A stretch of DNA of 64,000 bases, from contig CBDAOC010000019.1 in the NCBI GenBank assembly GCA_965197925.1, forward strand, positions 448,001 through 512,000, in the 5' to 3' direction. Position 1 is the first letter of the stretch, and every line of letters begins with the position of its first letter. The notes under the pieces were generated by a model that did not search any database, was not told the origin of the DNA, and saw only the letters and a list, made by a program, of their open reading frames with translations. Shown in pieces: positions 43,265 to 54,229 of this stretch. Source of the DNA: Nitrososphaerales archaeon. GTDB taxonomy: Archaea > Thermoproteota > Nitrososphaeria > Nitrososphaerales > UBA213. Made by a program: the position numbers and the translations under genes.

Positions 43265-43839
43265 TATATGCCAGCACCCGTTAACCCGACAGAACCATAA
43301 AAAGAAATATAATTATATAGGTAGGTCTCTTCAAAATATTATCACTTTTCTACAAAAAAATAAAGATGTTCGTACCGAGCACTATCACTAGAGAAAATCT
43401 GTCAGTCAGTTTCGTACCCCTTCTCAAATCTAGCATAGAAGGGAAGTAGTGCATTTTTACATCGAAGATAATGCGTATTTCCAGATGATTAATATTTGAG
43501 AAAACTCAAACAAAAGCGGAAAAACTTCTAAATTAAGAGTTGATCAACAATTTCACCTTATTGAATTGGTATTTATAAACACCTAGGGCCTGTCTCAATC
43601 AATTTATGAAGGAAAATCAGGTCCTTAAATAAGGAAAAAATTAACGAGTTCTAACCTTTTAGGCCTAGAGGAAATAAATTGAGCAAACTCTACTAGATTT
43701 ACACAAATATTCGTTTCATTTACCATTAAAGCAACACATTCTAGGTTTTATAAAGCCAAGCTTGTTAGTTTACCTTCATCCTAATGTGATACTTCTTGAC
43801 CAAATAATTTAATAGATCGAATACGACTTTATAAAATCG

Positions 43840-44259
43840 TTGACAATTGCGAAAAGTGCGATTTTATCAATCGCGTTAGTATTTGTATTGTTTCCATATA
43901 TGTTAGCTCAGGGAGAGTCTGATTATGGAATCGTGGAGGCAACTGGTTTAGTATTGTTTGAAGATTCTCCGAATTCTGGACTTTGGGCAGCTGAAGCAGA
44001 TTTTTATTCCCATCGGGGAGACGTTATAACAGTATATCAAAATGACGCAAGCGATATTTTTATAGTGACAATAAAAGGAGATGATATTGCATTTGAAGAA
44101 GATGAATTGATAATTTCCGGAATAGGTTTCATTACTAAAAATGGTGTCCTGCTTGAAGAGGGTGATGGCAATTCCACAATGAACAAAAACGGTATGGAGC
44201 TAAAGATCAATGGAAATATTGTTGTGACTGGACAGACAATTTCTTTTACAAAAAATTAA
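43840..44259 (+). CDS. Hypothetical secreted protein
   Basis: Signal-peptide-like N-terminus, acidic beta-rich body. Confidence 0.65.
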   Translation: MTIAKSAILSIALVFVLFPYMLAQGESDYGIVEATGLVLFEDSPNSGLWAAEADFYSHRGDVITVYQNDASDIFIVTIKGDDIAFEEDELIISGIGFITKNGVLLEEGDGNSTMNKNGMELKINGNIVVTGQTISFTKN

Positions 44260-44719
44260 TTGGGATTCGTTGATAACTGATAGTTGCTCTCAGTACAGAT
44301 CATAAAACATAGTGGTAGATTAGAATAATAATTAGAGATATTATCAAAGTAACCATTACGAATTAACTCATTTATTATAGTACTTAATTTAGTCTTAATC
44401 GTAACGGTGTCGATAGTAGGCTTTCTTGTAAATCTTCAATACAACTGAAATGATTCTAGTATTTTATCGATAATAGATTTATTACTACAATATTCTGGAT
44501 TGGAACACCTAATATTCCCTTGAGGCAGGGTCAATAATTAATTGACAAAATTTTCAAACAATGGTCATAAAAATCAACATGTATTGAATTGAATTTCTAG
44601 AGCACATATTCAAATGTAATTTCCTATTTATCATATATGTTAATAATTTCTCGTGACAATAGTCGTGTCATGTTGCATCCAGATATTTGTGAGACCTTCT
44701 ACAAAATTAAAAATAATGT

Positions 44720-45590
44720 CAACTCATCTCAAAACTAACCATTTAGACAATTTTTAGCGACCATTTAGATCCATGAATAGCGACATCTAAAATTATTTTA
44801 TGAAATTCCAAGAATTATCAGACAAACAGTGGAGTATGATGGAATCACACATACCACCACATGCAAAAACTGGCAGGCCTAGGGATTATGATAGAAAAAT
44901 CATTAACGGAATAATCCATGTTCTAACTACTGGATGCCGATGGGACGATATGCCAAAAAGATATGGTGATGATTCTACTGCAAACAGAAGGTTAAACAAA
45001 TGGCAACAAAAAGGAATCTGGAAAAAGATTCTATCACGTACTATTCACTCAGCACATAAATCTGGCAAAATTAATCTACAAATATCAGTTGACTCTTCAT
45101 CCATTCCTGATAAAAAAGGGGCAATGTAACTGGATATAATGGATTCAAGAGAATAACAGGTACAAAAATACATGCCGCAGTAGAGAGTAACGGATTTCCA
45201 ATATCCATACTGTTGAGTCCAGCAAATGAACATGACAGTACAAAATGCATGGATGTTACAGGATCAATTTCAGACTATCTTGATGATGATTCAATACAAC
45301 AGATAGAACCAGTTTATGCAGACAAAATGATGCAAAATACATCAGAATGTATTTGTGGGATAGAAATATTGCATGTTGCATCCCATACAAAATAAATTCC
45401 AAGTTCATCTTGCAAAATAATGATTGCAAACATTACAGCAAGACAAGATTTGTAGTTGAGAGATTCCTTGCATGGCTCAAGAATGGATTTCACAGAACAA
45501 GAATCAGATATGAAAGAACGGCAGAAAACTACCTGGCATTTGTTAATCTTGCATCATTTTTGATGTATTGTAGGGTTTTGAGATGAGTTG
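44720..45590 (+). mobile_element. IS5-family (IS427-like) element, copy 2, near-identical to 7511-8381
   Basis: Same 871-bp length and 16-bp TIR, same broken ORFs; only about 3 substitutions noticed. Confidence 0.95.
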
Positions 45591-45923
45591 ATATTTTAGT
45601 AGAGGAAAAATATTTAGGTTTGGGGAAGGTTAAATTCATTTACATGGAGGCTGGAAAGATAATGTGCTCATGTTGGGATAAAACTTATCTAACAAAGGTC
45701 TAGGGTAGTAAATTTTTGATAATAAATCAGCCTCGCACAATGCGGAAAGTTCATACTTGAATCTCAAAATCTACCAAAATCATATACAATATTAAAGAGT
45801 GAAATCAATAGTTAATTCAGTTTTATTAAACTTCTAGGAGTTCAATTAAAATTTATTCACATGTGGGAAAAACAATAGATATGTTTAGAATGGAAATCAG
45901 AACAGCATTTTTCATAAAAATAA

Positions 45924-46643
45924 TTATTTCAAAGAACGAAGGTCTACAATACTTATAAAACCGTAGCCCTCCCTTGTTGTCCTATTTACATCAGAATTGT
46001 AATCAACTATTATCTTTGAGTAATGTTCTAAAACATCGGCCATCTCTTCCAATGATTTTGATAAATAAAATCCTGGACATCTACCATCAAACTGAAAAGT
46101 GGCATGCACTTGCGGTTTTCCATTTTTTAAAATAACCCAAGACATAAATGGATACATTTGGCAACACCCAGGTCTTTGTGGGTGCAGATTGCAAGAACCT
46201 GTGTTGTCCAAAAATCTACATGACAATGGTGTGCCATCTTGATCCTCTTTTTCCTCTTTCCTTCTTTTCAACGAGATCATTGAAAGTGATGTTATCACAC
46301 CCCCAAATGAATCACCTTCGGTCCAGCTTGAAACCCTCGTTTCAGTATCTATAAATTCTTTTTTTGTATAATGAAATTTGTAAGATAATGCTTCTATATC
46401 CTTAATCGTCAATGGTAATCTTCCCTGTTTTATACAACAGTTATGACATTTAGGCCATAAACAGTCCCATAAGATATAGGATTTATCATTTGTTATTGTA
46501 GGTATATGATAGATCACATCATTAATTTGAACTGCAGTATCCTCTACATCTAGTTTGCCCAAAGCAAGGTCCCGTATTCGCTGATCAATTTCCCACTCTT
46601 TTGATAGCTCATCGAAAGCAGATTTCAGGTGATTACCGTCCAT
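45924..46643 (-). CDS. YkgJ-like cysteine-cluster protein
   Basis: CLWPKCHNCC, CRFL...CNLHPQRPGCCQMYPF, CPG. Confidence 0.85.
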   Translation of the reverse strand: MDGNHLKSAFDELSKEWEIDQRIRDLALGKLDVEDTAVQINDVIYHIPTITNDKSYILWDCLWPKCHNCCIKQGRLPLTIKDIEALSYKFHYTKKEFIDTETRVSSWTEGDSFGGVITSLSMISLKRRKEEKEDQDGTPLSCRFLDNTGSCNLHPQRPGCCQMYPFMSWVILKNGKPQVHATFQFDGRCPGFYLSKSLEEMADVLEHYSKIIVDYNSDVNRTTREGYGFISIVDLRSLK

Positions 46644-46678
46644 AGTTTTATATTATAACACCCGGCTTAATCTTATTA

Positions 46679-47005
46679 ATGCTTCGAACGAAGGGGAAGT
46701 ACGCCTCCTCTACTGAAAACAGGAGGTTGGTATGGGAGAAAATTATCTGGCCCCTTGTGTTGGAAAAAGATAGATCCTATTTCTCTATCGAAGAATATCA
46801 TGAAGTTCGCAACAATTATTGCGAAGAAGAAGTGATTAATCAATCGAAAGTCGTTAGTGGATTTGTTTCCTTGATAGTGAGAGGTTTACTCGTCAAAGAC
46901 AGAGATAAGGAGATTTATTCAGTACATTATAAGGTCATCCCGTATATGAGAAAGAAGATAAGGTTGGACTATGGACAGGCGGTTAGAGAAGTAATTACCA
47001 AATAA
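46679..47005 (+). CDS. Hypothetical protein (possible wHTH-like)
   Basis: Intact 108-aa ORF divergent from the YkgJ-like gene. Confidence 0.7.
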   Translation: MLRTKGKYASSTENRRLVWEKIIWPLVLEKDRSYFSIEEYHEVRNNYCEEEVINQSKVVSGFVSLIVRGLLVKDRDKEIYSVHYKVIPYMRKKIRLDYGQAVREVITK

Positions 47006-47061
47006 CCTTTCCCTAGGTAAAAGAACAAATACTAAGTAAATAGTCTCTTAATTAGCCCGGA

Positions 47062-47194
47062 AGCCCGGTCGAAACTATAAAAGTTGCCGAATCTAGTGGT
47101 CAAGGAAGGGCTAGAAACTCCTTGTGTACCAGGCTCTGGATCCGCTTTGAAAAGATACCTGGTGACAGCAGTTCGAATCTGCTCCGGGCTACCA
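47062..47194 (+). tRNA. tRNA-Gln(CTG) with three introns (47072-47091, 47107-47126, 47140-47156) and encoded CCA
   Basis: Spliced exons give AGCCCGGTCG TCTAGTGGTCAAGGA TACCAGGCTCTGG ACCTGGTGACAGCAGTTCGAATCTGCTCCGGGCTA CCA: a 73-nt cloverleaf with stem CCAGG/CCTGG and TTCGAAT loop; each intron forms a BHB/BHL motif. Confidence 0.9.
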
Positions 47195-47227
47195 TTTATC
47201 TCTAAAAAACATACATTCTTGTCCAGT

Positions 47228-48841
47228 TCAGATGTGATGGATTCTTGGCCCGGCCTCTTTGATTTCAATTGGGATGTTTTTGAACTTGTTGAAGTTTTCC
47301 ACAAACAGTCTTGCAAGTCTTTTTGCTGCGATATCATATGCGTCCTTTTCTGGCCATGTATATCTAGGATCAAGTATCTCGCTCGGCACGCCGGGACAAG
47401 ATCTTGGAATATCAAGATTGAAAATATCAACATGGATGAACTCTGATTTTTCAATAGAACCATTTATAGCAGCCCTTACAATTGCTCTTGTATGATGGAG
47501 TTTTATTCTTTCACCAACACCATATGGTCCCCCTGACCATCCACTATTCACAAGGTACACCCGAGTTCCATATTTCTCTATTTTCTCACCAAGCATTTTT
47601 GCATAAACCGCAGCAGGACGAGGCATAAAAGGTGCACCAAAACATTTAGAGAATGTTTCTTTGGGTTTAGTTATGCCTCTTTCTGTACCAGCTAGCTTGC
47701 TAGTATATCCTGACATAAAGTGATACATTGCTGCTTCCTTTGTAAGCTTTGCAATAGGAGGCATAACACCGAATGCATCTGCCGTCAAAAATATGATTAA
47801 CTTAGGATGGGCACCAATGCTCGGTATTACTGCATTGCGTATATGATAAAGAGGATAAGCAACTCTGGTATTTTCTGTGATACTATCATCAGCAAAGTCG
47901 GGAGCTCTTGTTGTTTTATCTAGGACAACATTTTCCATTACTGCCCCAAACTTTATTGCATTCCAAATCTGGGGTTCATGTGTCTTATCCAGGTTGATGC
48001 ATTTAGCATAGCAACCTCCTTCGAAATTAAAAACTCCGTCTTCTGACCATCCATGCTCATCGTCACCAATTAGATTTCTCTCATAGTCAGCCGAAAGTGT
48101 GGTTTTTCCTGTCCCTGATAGCCCAAAGAACAAAGCTACATCACCTCCCTTTCCCATGTTGGCACCACAATGCATGGGAAATACACGTCGTTCAGGAAGA
48201 TAATAATTCATAGAAGAGAATACCGCTTTTTTTATTTCACCGGCATAGGAACATGCACTTGTAAGGACAATTTTCTGCTTAAGGTTTATTATGATGAACA
48301 TACCACTTCCAATACCATTCTTTTTTGGATTTATTAGGAAACCATTCATCGCTATTAACGTGAATTCTGGACTAAATGAGTCTAATTCAGAAGGTTTAGG
48401 TCTTATAAAGAGTTGACGCGCAAATAAATTTTGCCAAGCACGATCGTTGATTATACGTAAAGCCATACCATATTTAGGATCTGCTCCAACGAATCCATCA
48501 AAAATAAATATCTCCTTCCCTTGAATATGTTCCTTAATTTTCTGATATATTTTTTCAAAATTTTCTTCGGATAACGGCTGGTTAAACATACCCCAGTGAA
48601 CAGTATCATGTGTGATATCGTCATCTACAATATACCGATCATCAGGAGATCTACCAGTAACTTTACCAGTTACTATAGAAAGTGCTCCAGTAGAAGATAA
48701 GACACCTTCTTTTCTTTTACCTGCCAATTCAACTAACAACTCGACTGGAAGGTTTCTATGTACCTTATCAGTCTTGATACCAATGTTTTCCAGCTCATCC
48801 TTGAATTGGCTCCTCCCAGTAACTCTCCGCTTTTTGATCAT
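47228..48841 (-). CDS. pckA: Phosphoenolpyruvate carboxykinase (ATP)
   Basis: TGRSP, YAGEIKK, FFGLSGTGKTTLS, IGDDEHGW, NFEGGCYAK. Confidence 0.97.
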   Translation of the reverse strand: MIKKRRVTGRSQFKDELENIGIKTDKVHRNLPVELLVELAGKRKEGVLSSTGALSIVTGKVTGRSPDDRYIVDDDITHDTVHWGMFNQPLSEENFEKIYQKIKEHIQGKEIFIFDGFVGADPKYGMALRIINDRAWQNLFARQLFIRPKPSELDSFSPEFTLIAMNGFLINPKKNGIGSGMFIIINLKQKIVLTSACSYAGEIKKAVFSSMNYYLPERRVFPMHCGANMGKGGDVALFFGLSGTGKTTLSADYERNLIGDDEHGWSEDGVFNFEGGCYAKCINLDKTHEPQIWNAIKFGAVMENVVLDKTTRAPDFADDSITENTRVAYPLYHIRNAVIPSIGAHPKLIIFLTADAFGVMPPIAKLTKEAAMYHFMSGYTSKLAGTERGITKPKETFSKCFGAPFMPRPAAVYAKMLGEKIEKYGTRVYLVNSGWSGGPYGVGERIKLHHTRAIVRAAINGSIEKSEFIHVDIFNLDIPRSCPGVPSEILDPRYTWPEKDAYDIAAKRLARLFVENFNKFKNIPIEIKEAGPRIHHI

Positions 48842-49035
48842 GGATCCTATCGACCTCGCCCCATGTATTTAATTTATTACTTTCATAGTCATAAGCATGT
48901 GTTTCTTATTCTCATACAGGTTTTTCTAGAAATATGAGAGCGTGTAGAAGTCCTGAGTAAATTGCTGCACATATAGGGAATTAATTATTATTACATGTGA
49001 AAATAATTCTATTTATGTTTAAATAGATCATAATA

Positions 49036-50256
49036 TCATCTGATAGATCTAGTTTTCTTGCCCAATTCTGCGATTTTATCTTTTACATCCTTAATCCATA
49101 CATGAGGCACTCTGTACTCATCGTAAAAACTAACAATTTCTTGGTAGTATTTTAAGGCCGTAGCAAACTTTTTTTTGTTTTCTGCAATTTGTGCATCGTT
49201 AAGTAAGAGATAAAACTTTGCGAAATTTGGAGTCAAGAATCCAAGTATTATCTGTACTCCAAGCTTTAGATCTTTGTTTGACGGCTTGTTTTCCAACTTG
49301 GCAATTATATAATTGAACTGTTCTGCTTTACCATTATTATGGCTAACCAACATCTTCAATAAATTTATCAAGTATAGAATGTCTTCAACCATACTTTTAG
49401 GAGATATGGGATTCTTACAGAAATCCGGTTTTTCATTTGAATTGGAGATACCAGAAATTAATTCAATCATCAGTTCAGTATCTCTAGTTAACAAATCATA
49501 CTTCAGTTTGTCCTCTGTATCCTTTTTATTATGATAATCAAGATGAATTCCATTGCTTATGAATAAAGATGGTATTTGTTTTTTAATAAATGGTATGTAA
49601 TTTCCTTTTACTCCAGTAAGAATGTCAACGTCGAACATAATCTTGCGTATACCTGACGAGCATCTATAAATTACATCCTGAATGAACAACGAACGTTCAG
49701 AACCCAGGATGAATACCATATCATTTCCTAGATCGTTACGTCCAAGGGTATCGAGTGATAACATCGCAGCGGTCTTCTTGAGGTTAAATATCGGATTATC
49801 TACGTAGTGATGTGCTCCATACATTGTTTGCCTTTTACCGTCAATCGGTATTAGTTGTTCTTCTCCATCGAAACATGCAAAAAGCAAACTACGCCTATTA
49901 CTATCTTCGGCAAATATCCTTACAAGCTCCAACAAAACTCCTACACCTGCGGCATTATCACTAGCACCAACAAAACCATTACCTAGATGATCGTGATGCG
50001 CATCTATGATTACACACTCTTGTGATAATTCCTTATCATTCCCATATGAGATCCCCATCAAGTTTTGTCCTCCTCCTGGTAGGTTTTGAATATAATCGAG
50101 AAATTTCCCTGGAGTTTTCAATCCAAATTCTTTAAATTGTTCTTGAATATATTGCACTGCCATTCTATTCCCCTTACTACCAAACTCTCTACCTTGCAAC
50201 TCCGGAGAAGCTAAATATCTTACATGTTTCCTTAAATTATTTTCTGATATTTCCAT
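49036..50256 (-). CDS. M28-family metallopeptidase with a helical C-terminal extension
   Basis: AHHDH, GASDNAAG, DGEE, LDT, DYH. Confidence 0.88.
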   Translation of the reverse strand: MEISENNLRKHVRYLASPELQGREFGSKGNRMAVQYIQEQFKEFGLKTPGKFLDYIQNLPGGGQNLMGISYGNDKELSQECVIIDAHHDHLGNGFVGASDNAAGVGVLLELVRIFAEDSNRRSLLFACFDGEEQLIPIDGKRQTMYGAHHYVDNPIFNLKKTAAMLSLDTLGRNDLGNDMVFILGSERSLFIQDVIYRCSSGIRKIMFDVDILTGVKGNYIPFIKKQIPSLFISNGIHLDYHNKKDTEDKLKYDLLTRDTELMIELISGISNSNEKPDFCKNPISPKSMVEDILYLINLLKMLVSHNNGKAEQFNYIIAKLENKPSNKDLKLGVQIILGFLTPNFAKFYLLLNDAQIAENKKKFATALKYYQEIVSFYDEYRVPHVWIKDVKDKIAELGKKTRSIR

Positions 50257-50355
50257 ATTGTTTCATAGTACGGGTAAAGTATTAAAATACTAAAAATCTC
50301 CTTGAATCTAATGGTACTCGTTACAGTTCTGACTTGCAAAATGCTAAATTGGACT

Positions 50356-50964
50356 TTAACGTGACGACATAGCTATACGTTCTTGCTCATTTTTCTTTTT
50401 AATTGCAAAACTGTTCATATTGTTACCTGCTGCTAGAATTATTTCGTCAACAAGTGCCTCCTCAATTGACTTGGGATTTGAGAACGTTGATTCTTTTACA
50501 CCTTCTGTTAAGAATCTTAATGCTAAATCAATTCGTCTTAATGGAGAAACATCTACTGAAACATGATATACTACACCTCCATAAACTATTCTAGTTGTAT
50601 CTTCATTTGGTGAAGCGTTTTCTATTGCTCTTATTAATATGGACAGTGGGTTCTCACCCGTCTTGAGGTATATAATTTCAAAAGCTGTTTTCACGATGTT
50701 AATGACCTTCGCCTTTTTGCCTCCCATCCTCCCAGTATTCTTAGCATACTTTTTGCCAAAGTGCATCATCTTGTTTGCTAAGCGCTCGACAACATTCACA
50801 TCTGCCTTTCTGAATCTCTTATGCACATGTCTTCCAAAGGATGATGGAAATATACATGGTTTAAGAGAAAGTACCCTTTGTAGTCCAGGATCTATAACTG
50901 TTACTTGACTAAGGTCCCATTTCCTGAATAACAACTTATTAGATGCTGATTGGTTCAAATTCAT
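50356..50964 (-). CDS. rps7: 30S ribosomal protein S7
   Basis: [25 protein letters not shown]. Confidence 0.97.
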   Translation of the reverse strand: MNLNQSASNKLLFRKWDLSQVTVIDPGLQRVLSLKPCIFPSSFGRHVHKRFRKADVNVVERLANKMMHFGKKYAKNTGRMGGKKAKVINIVKTAFEIIYLKTGENPLSILIRAIENASPNEDTTRIVYGGVVYHVSVDVSPLRRIDLALRFLTEGVKESTFSNPKSIEEALVDEIILAAGNNMNSFAIKKKNEQERIAMSSR

Positions 50965-51401
50965 CGCCTTGGTTTTTCTTTTCTACCCCTTACCAATTCA
51001 TTAAGTGAGACCCCATTCACCTTGAAAACCTGCCAACGAACCCCAGGTATATCACCCATAGCCCCACCCATAGATCCACCGATACCTTCTAGTACGACTT
51101 CATCATGCTCATCGATATAGTTCAACGCACCGTCCCTGGGAAGAAATGCTGTTATACTTTTACCATTTTTGATCAGCTGCACCCTAACACATTTCCTTAC
51201 CGCTGAATTGGGTTGTTTTGATTCAACCCCAACCTTCTCTAACACAATACCTCTAGCTTGAGGGGCGCCTTCTAATGGGTTGGTTTTTTTGTCCAGCAAA
51301 AACATTTTTCTATTATAATATTTGTCAGACCACCTAAATCTTCCCTTCTTCTGCTTAAGCACACGTCCTGCAAACAAACCTAGCGGAGATTTTCTTGCCA
51401 A
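50961..51401 (-). CDS. rps12: 30S ribosomal protein S12
   Basis: [26 protein letters not shown]. Confidence 0.98.
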   Translation of the reverse strand: MARKSPLGLFAGRVLKQKKGRFRWSDKYYNRKMFLLDKKTNPLEGAPQARGIVLEKVGVESKQPNSAVRKCVRVQLIKNGKSITAFLPRDGALNYIDEHDEVVLEGIGGSMGGAMGDIPGVRWQVFKVNGVSLNELVRGRKEKPRR

Positions 51402-51405
51402 TTTG

Positions 51406-51861
51406 TCACCTTGGAATCTGTTCCGGTGTAACTATTAATACATTCGAAATTTGAAAATACCGCTTCATCAAGAGTCTTGCCTTTTCAGCGTTTCTTCCCT
51501 CTCTGCCTACAACCACACCCTTCTTCTTTGGATCAACTACAGCAACAGCAACCTTGGTACCATTATCCTTTTCATTAATCTTAACATCTAAAATCAAGCT
51601 TGAACTTAACGTATTTCGTATAAATTCATTAACATCGTCAGAATATTCAACCAATTCGATCTTCTTCCCAACAATATCTTGCATTGTCTTAATGGTAGCC
51701 CCATTCTTGCCAATAGCCAGTCCCATAGAACCCTTGTTAACTATAAATATCACCCTATCAAGTTTTTCGTCAATAACACAATCCCTAGCTGTTGCACTAG
51801 TAATGCTCTGGAATAGTGACATCAATTGCAATTCATCTGTTGTTAATTTGATTTCAGTCAA
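51406..51861 (-). CDS. nusA: Archaeal NusA
   Basis: Two KH domains, GLAIGKNG and GVVVGREG. Confidence 0.95.
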   Translation of the reverse strand: MTEIKLTTDELQLMSLFQSITSATARDCVIDEKLDRVIFIVNKGSMGLAIGKNGATIKTMQDIVGKKIELVEYSDDVNEFIRNTLSSSLILDVKINEKDNGTKVAVAVVDPKKKGVVVGREGRNAEKARLLMKRYFQISNVLIVTPEQIPR

Positions 51862-51921
51862 TTCTTTTCTCCGCTATGAATACACACCCTTCTATAAAGC
51901 TTCATTTAAATCTTAATATTT

Positions 51922-51985
51922 TTTATACTAAGATCTGGCGATATTTCTAAATATTTATACTAAGATCTGGCGATATTTCTAAATA
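51922..51985. repeat. 32-bp tandem duplication
   Basis: TTTATACTAAGATCTGGCGATATTTCTAAATA x2 upstream of nusA. Confidence 0.9.
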
Positions 51986-52594
51986 TTAATATCAATAATA
52001 CAATAGATAATCTCTTCACCAACAAGTTCAAAGTAATAAAAATCACAATATTTAGTGATTATTGTCCAACAAAGAAATGGAAATATCTAAATGAAACTAA
52101 TTGTGTGTTAATCTTTAATCATAGATGCCATATTCTCTACACTCAATGGTACACCACACTCTTTTTACCATATTTTATACTAGTAGCGTAAACTAGATAC
52201 ACAATTAAAGAATTATCCATTTTATCAAGGAAGAACTGCCATGTTCATACATGGTCCTATATGACCTTTACAACTATAATTTTGTATGCCAATGGTTACA
52301 TTCTACCAAATGAAAAACATTTATTCTCTAATCCAGAGCTTGAATGACCCTATATTCTCTCATCCTAAATATGGCAATTATTGTTCATATAAAGAACAAC
52401 GACAAAGGCAATTGTATGAAAAAATTAGTGAAACAAATAATTAAGATTTTTTCCACTACTAAATTATGAAAATCTATTCCAATAGAATTATTCACCTATT
52501 ATCTTTGATCCTCCGTTTAATTTAGCACAGCATTTTTTATCTACCATTATTATAATAAATCCAAGAAAAAATTAATCTATCCTCTTTACTGAAT

Positions 52595-52939
52595 TCAGTT
52601 ATTAATATTTTCTTCCTCGTTTATTTCTTCCAAGATCTCTGACATATCAAAGCCAATTGTATCGTCTATAGATATTACGGATATTCTAAATGGCTTGTTG
52701 CACAATTTACCAAGCTCCATTGACGTATGATTTAGATTATGTATTGGAATATTTCCAGCTTTCGCCAATTGTTCTATTTTGCTTTTCACTTCTACAGATA
52801 GTGATTTTGAACACACTATCAATTTTGAATTCTTGACCGAGCGTAAGACTGCCTTCCCTCCTATCTTGCATTTGTCGTTCGATAATGAATCCTTAATAAA
52901 TTTCGCAAGAGGTTTATTCATTTTAGTTAATCCACTCAT
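52595..52939 (-). CDS. rpl30e: 50S ribosomal protein L30e (L7Ae family)
   Basis: IGGKAV, SMELGKLCNKPFRISVISI; upstream of nusA. Confidence 0.88.
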   Translation of the reverse strand: MSGLTKMNKPLAKFIKDSLSNDKCKIGGKAVLRSVKNSKLIVCSKSLSVEVKSKIEQLAKAGNIPIHNLNHTSMELGKLCNKPFRISVISIDDTIGFDMSEILEEINEEENINN

Positions 52940-53011
52940 TTACTTTAATCAGAATCATCAAGTCCAATATGTAAAGTTCGTCTAGATACCCATCTATATA
53001 TGTTGATTTAT

Positions 53012-53260
53012 TTAGGAGCCATCTTAAACCTCCTCATTGCCTTATGAACTCTTCTAGATGTTGAAATCCCACCAATACTTTTCTAATAATCTTTCATAAC
53101 GTAACGATAATTTCCTGAACCTTCCCTTCAGCCAAGGGAAGAACATTTCTATATATCATTTATTCCTTTTGAACTCATCATCATCCTACACAACCGGAAT
53201 CTTAGGATCCTTCCTCCTCTTATTTTACGGTCTAGCTATATTGTCTATACTAGCCTTTAT
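53012..53260 (-). pseudogene. IS5 transposase C-terminal remnant
   Basis: Minus strand reads IEMFFPWLKGRFRKLSLRYER. Confidence 0.6.
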
Positions 53261-53268
53261 ATTTAGAT

Positions 53269-53890
53269 GAGCTTTGGGCGTAATTCTAATCCATTTTACC
53301 TTATTACAAAATCTAGTTTAGATTCAATGTTTAGGTTCTTCTGCAGGGAGATTCTCTGATATGAATCCCCATAGAGCATCTGTATCTATATCTGAACCTG
53401 ATACTTCATTCTTCTTCGTGTTTGATCTATGCCATACATGCCCTTTTGCTTTCATCAATGAACTGTCAACGGATATTATGGCTGGGTCTACCAACCCATC
53501 TTTTATGAAGAGCATACCCATAGAGCATCTATCCTTGATCTAATGTCAATTGATAATACCTTAAACCTTCTATCAAAAGTCATTCTATCTGGCAATCTAT
53601 CCAAACCACATACTTCCATCGCCTTCCTCTTGTATAGCATATCTATCAAAAAGTATTAATGAAAAGCATTGTTGCTTGTTATTACTAACCATTCTCTAAC
53701 GATAAACCATCTTTACATTACTGTTGGTGAATAGTAGAATGGTCTGTCCCTTTTCTTATTGGGTTTTAGCCAAGAATTCACATTGATTAAAGATAATATG
53801 CGAAGGAGTATGGGGTGTGTTCTAAACATATCAACGAAAAAAATGGAACCTGATCTTATCGTTTCGAGCTACTTAATTATGCCCAGCCTC
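53269..53890 (-). mobile_element. Family A IS, internally deleted (about 620 bp) with both ends retained
   Basis: Ends GAGCTTTGGGCGTAATT and AATTATGCCCAGCCTC; only the N-terminal transposase half, up to DTDALWGF. Confidence 0.8.
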
Positions 53891-54190
53891 AACTAATTGG
53901 TACACCGATTGTTTTTCATATATGCTTGCAGTAACCCCCGATTCGAACAAATTAAACAGCTGCAAGCCTTTAGCAGTGATTTTGTAACCCTTAAAAGTTG
54001 ATTCTATCTCTTCAATCATACCAACTGTTGTGAGCCAATTAATATATCGGGTTAATTGGTAGAAATTTAATTTTGCTTTGTACATTATATGAGTTTTCCT
54101 CACAGGAGTTCTAGTGATATCTAGGATTGTCAACATTATGTTGAATTTATCCCGTTTGTTTGATTTTTGAGGTTGAATCATCAACCTCAT
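53873..54190 (-). CDS. Winged-HTH protein; last codons come from the IS end
   Basis: KRDKFNI...KTHIMYKAKLN...YKITAKG. Confidence 0.8.
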   Translation of the reverse strand: MRLMIQPQKSNKRDKFNIMLTILDITRTPVRKTHIMYKAKLNFYQLTRYINWLTTVGMIEEIESTFKGYKITAKGLQLFNLFESGVTASIYEKQSVYQLVEAGHN

Positions 54191-54229
54191 AAGTTGTGTC
54201 TAACATTGTTAAAATATTTGGTCTATAAG

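Larger units (their letters stand above)
41032..43296 (+). mobile_element. TIR-bounded non-autonomous element carrying passenger genes
   Basis: Perfect 26-bp TIR GGTTCTGTCGGGTTAACGGGTGCTGG (41032-41057) / CCAGCACCCGTTAACCCGACAGAACC (43271-43296); no transposase inside; no target duplication seen. Confidence 0.88.

Noticed and set aside
41020..43310. Target-site duplication for the 26-bp TIR element
   Set aside because: Flanks (CAGATACG / ATAAAAAG) do not match, so none is claimed
47054..47061. Possible fourth tRNA intron from the AGCCCGGA duplication
   Set aside because: 8 nt is too short to form a BHB; treated as a simple duplication
47032..47463. ORFs 47032-47463 (-) and 47084-47446 (+)
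   Set aside because: They overlap the tRNA and pckA; shadow frames
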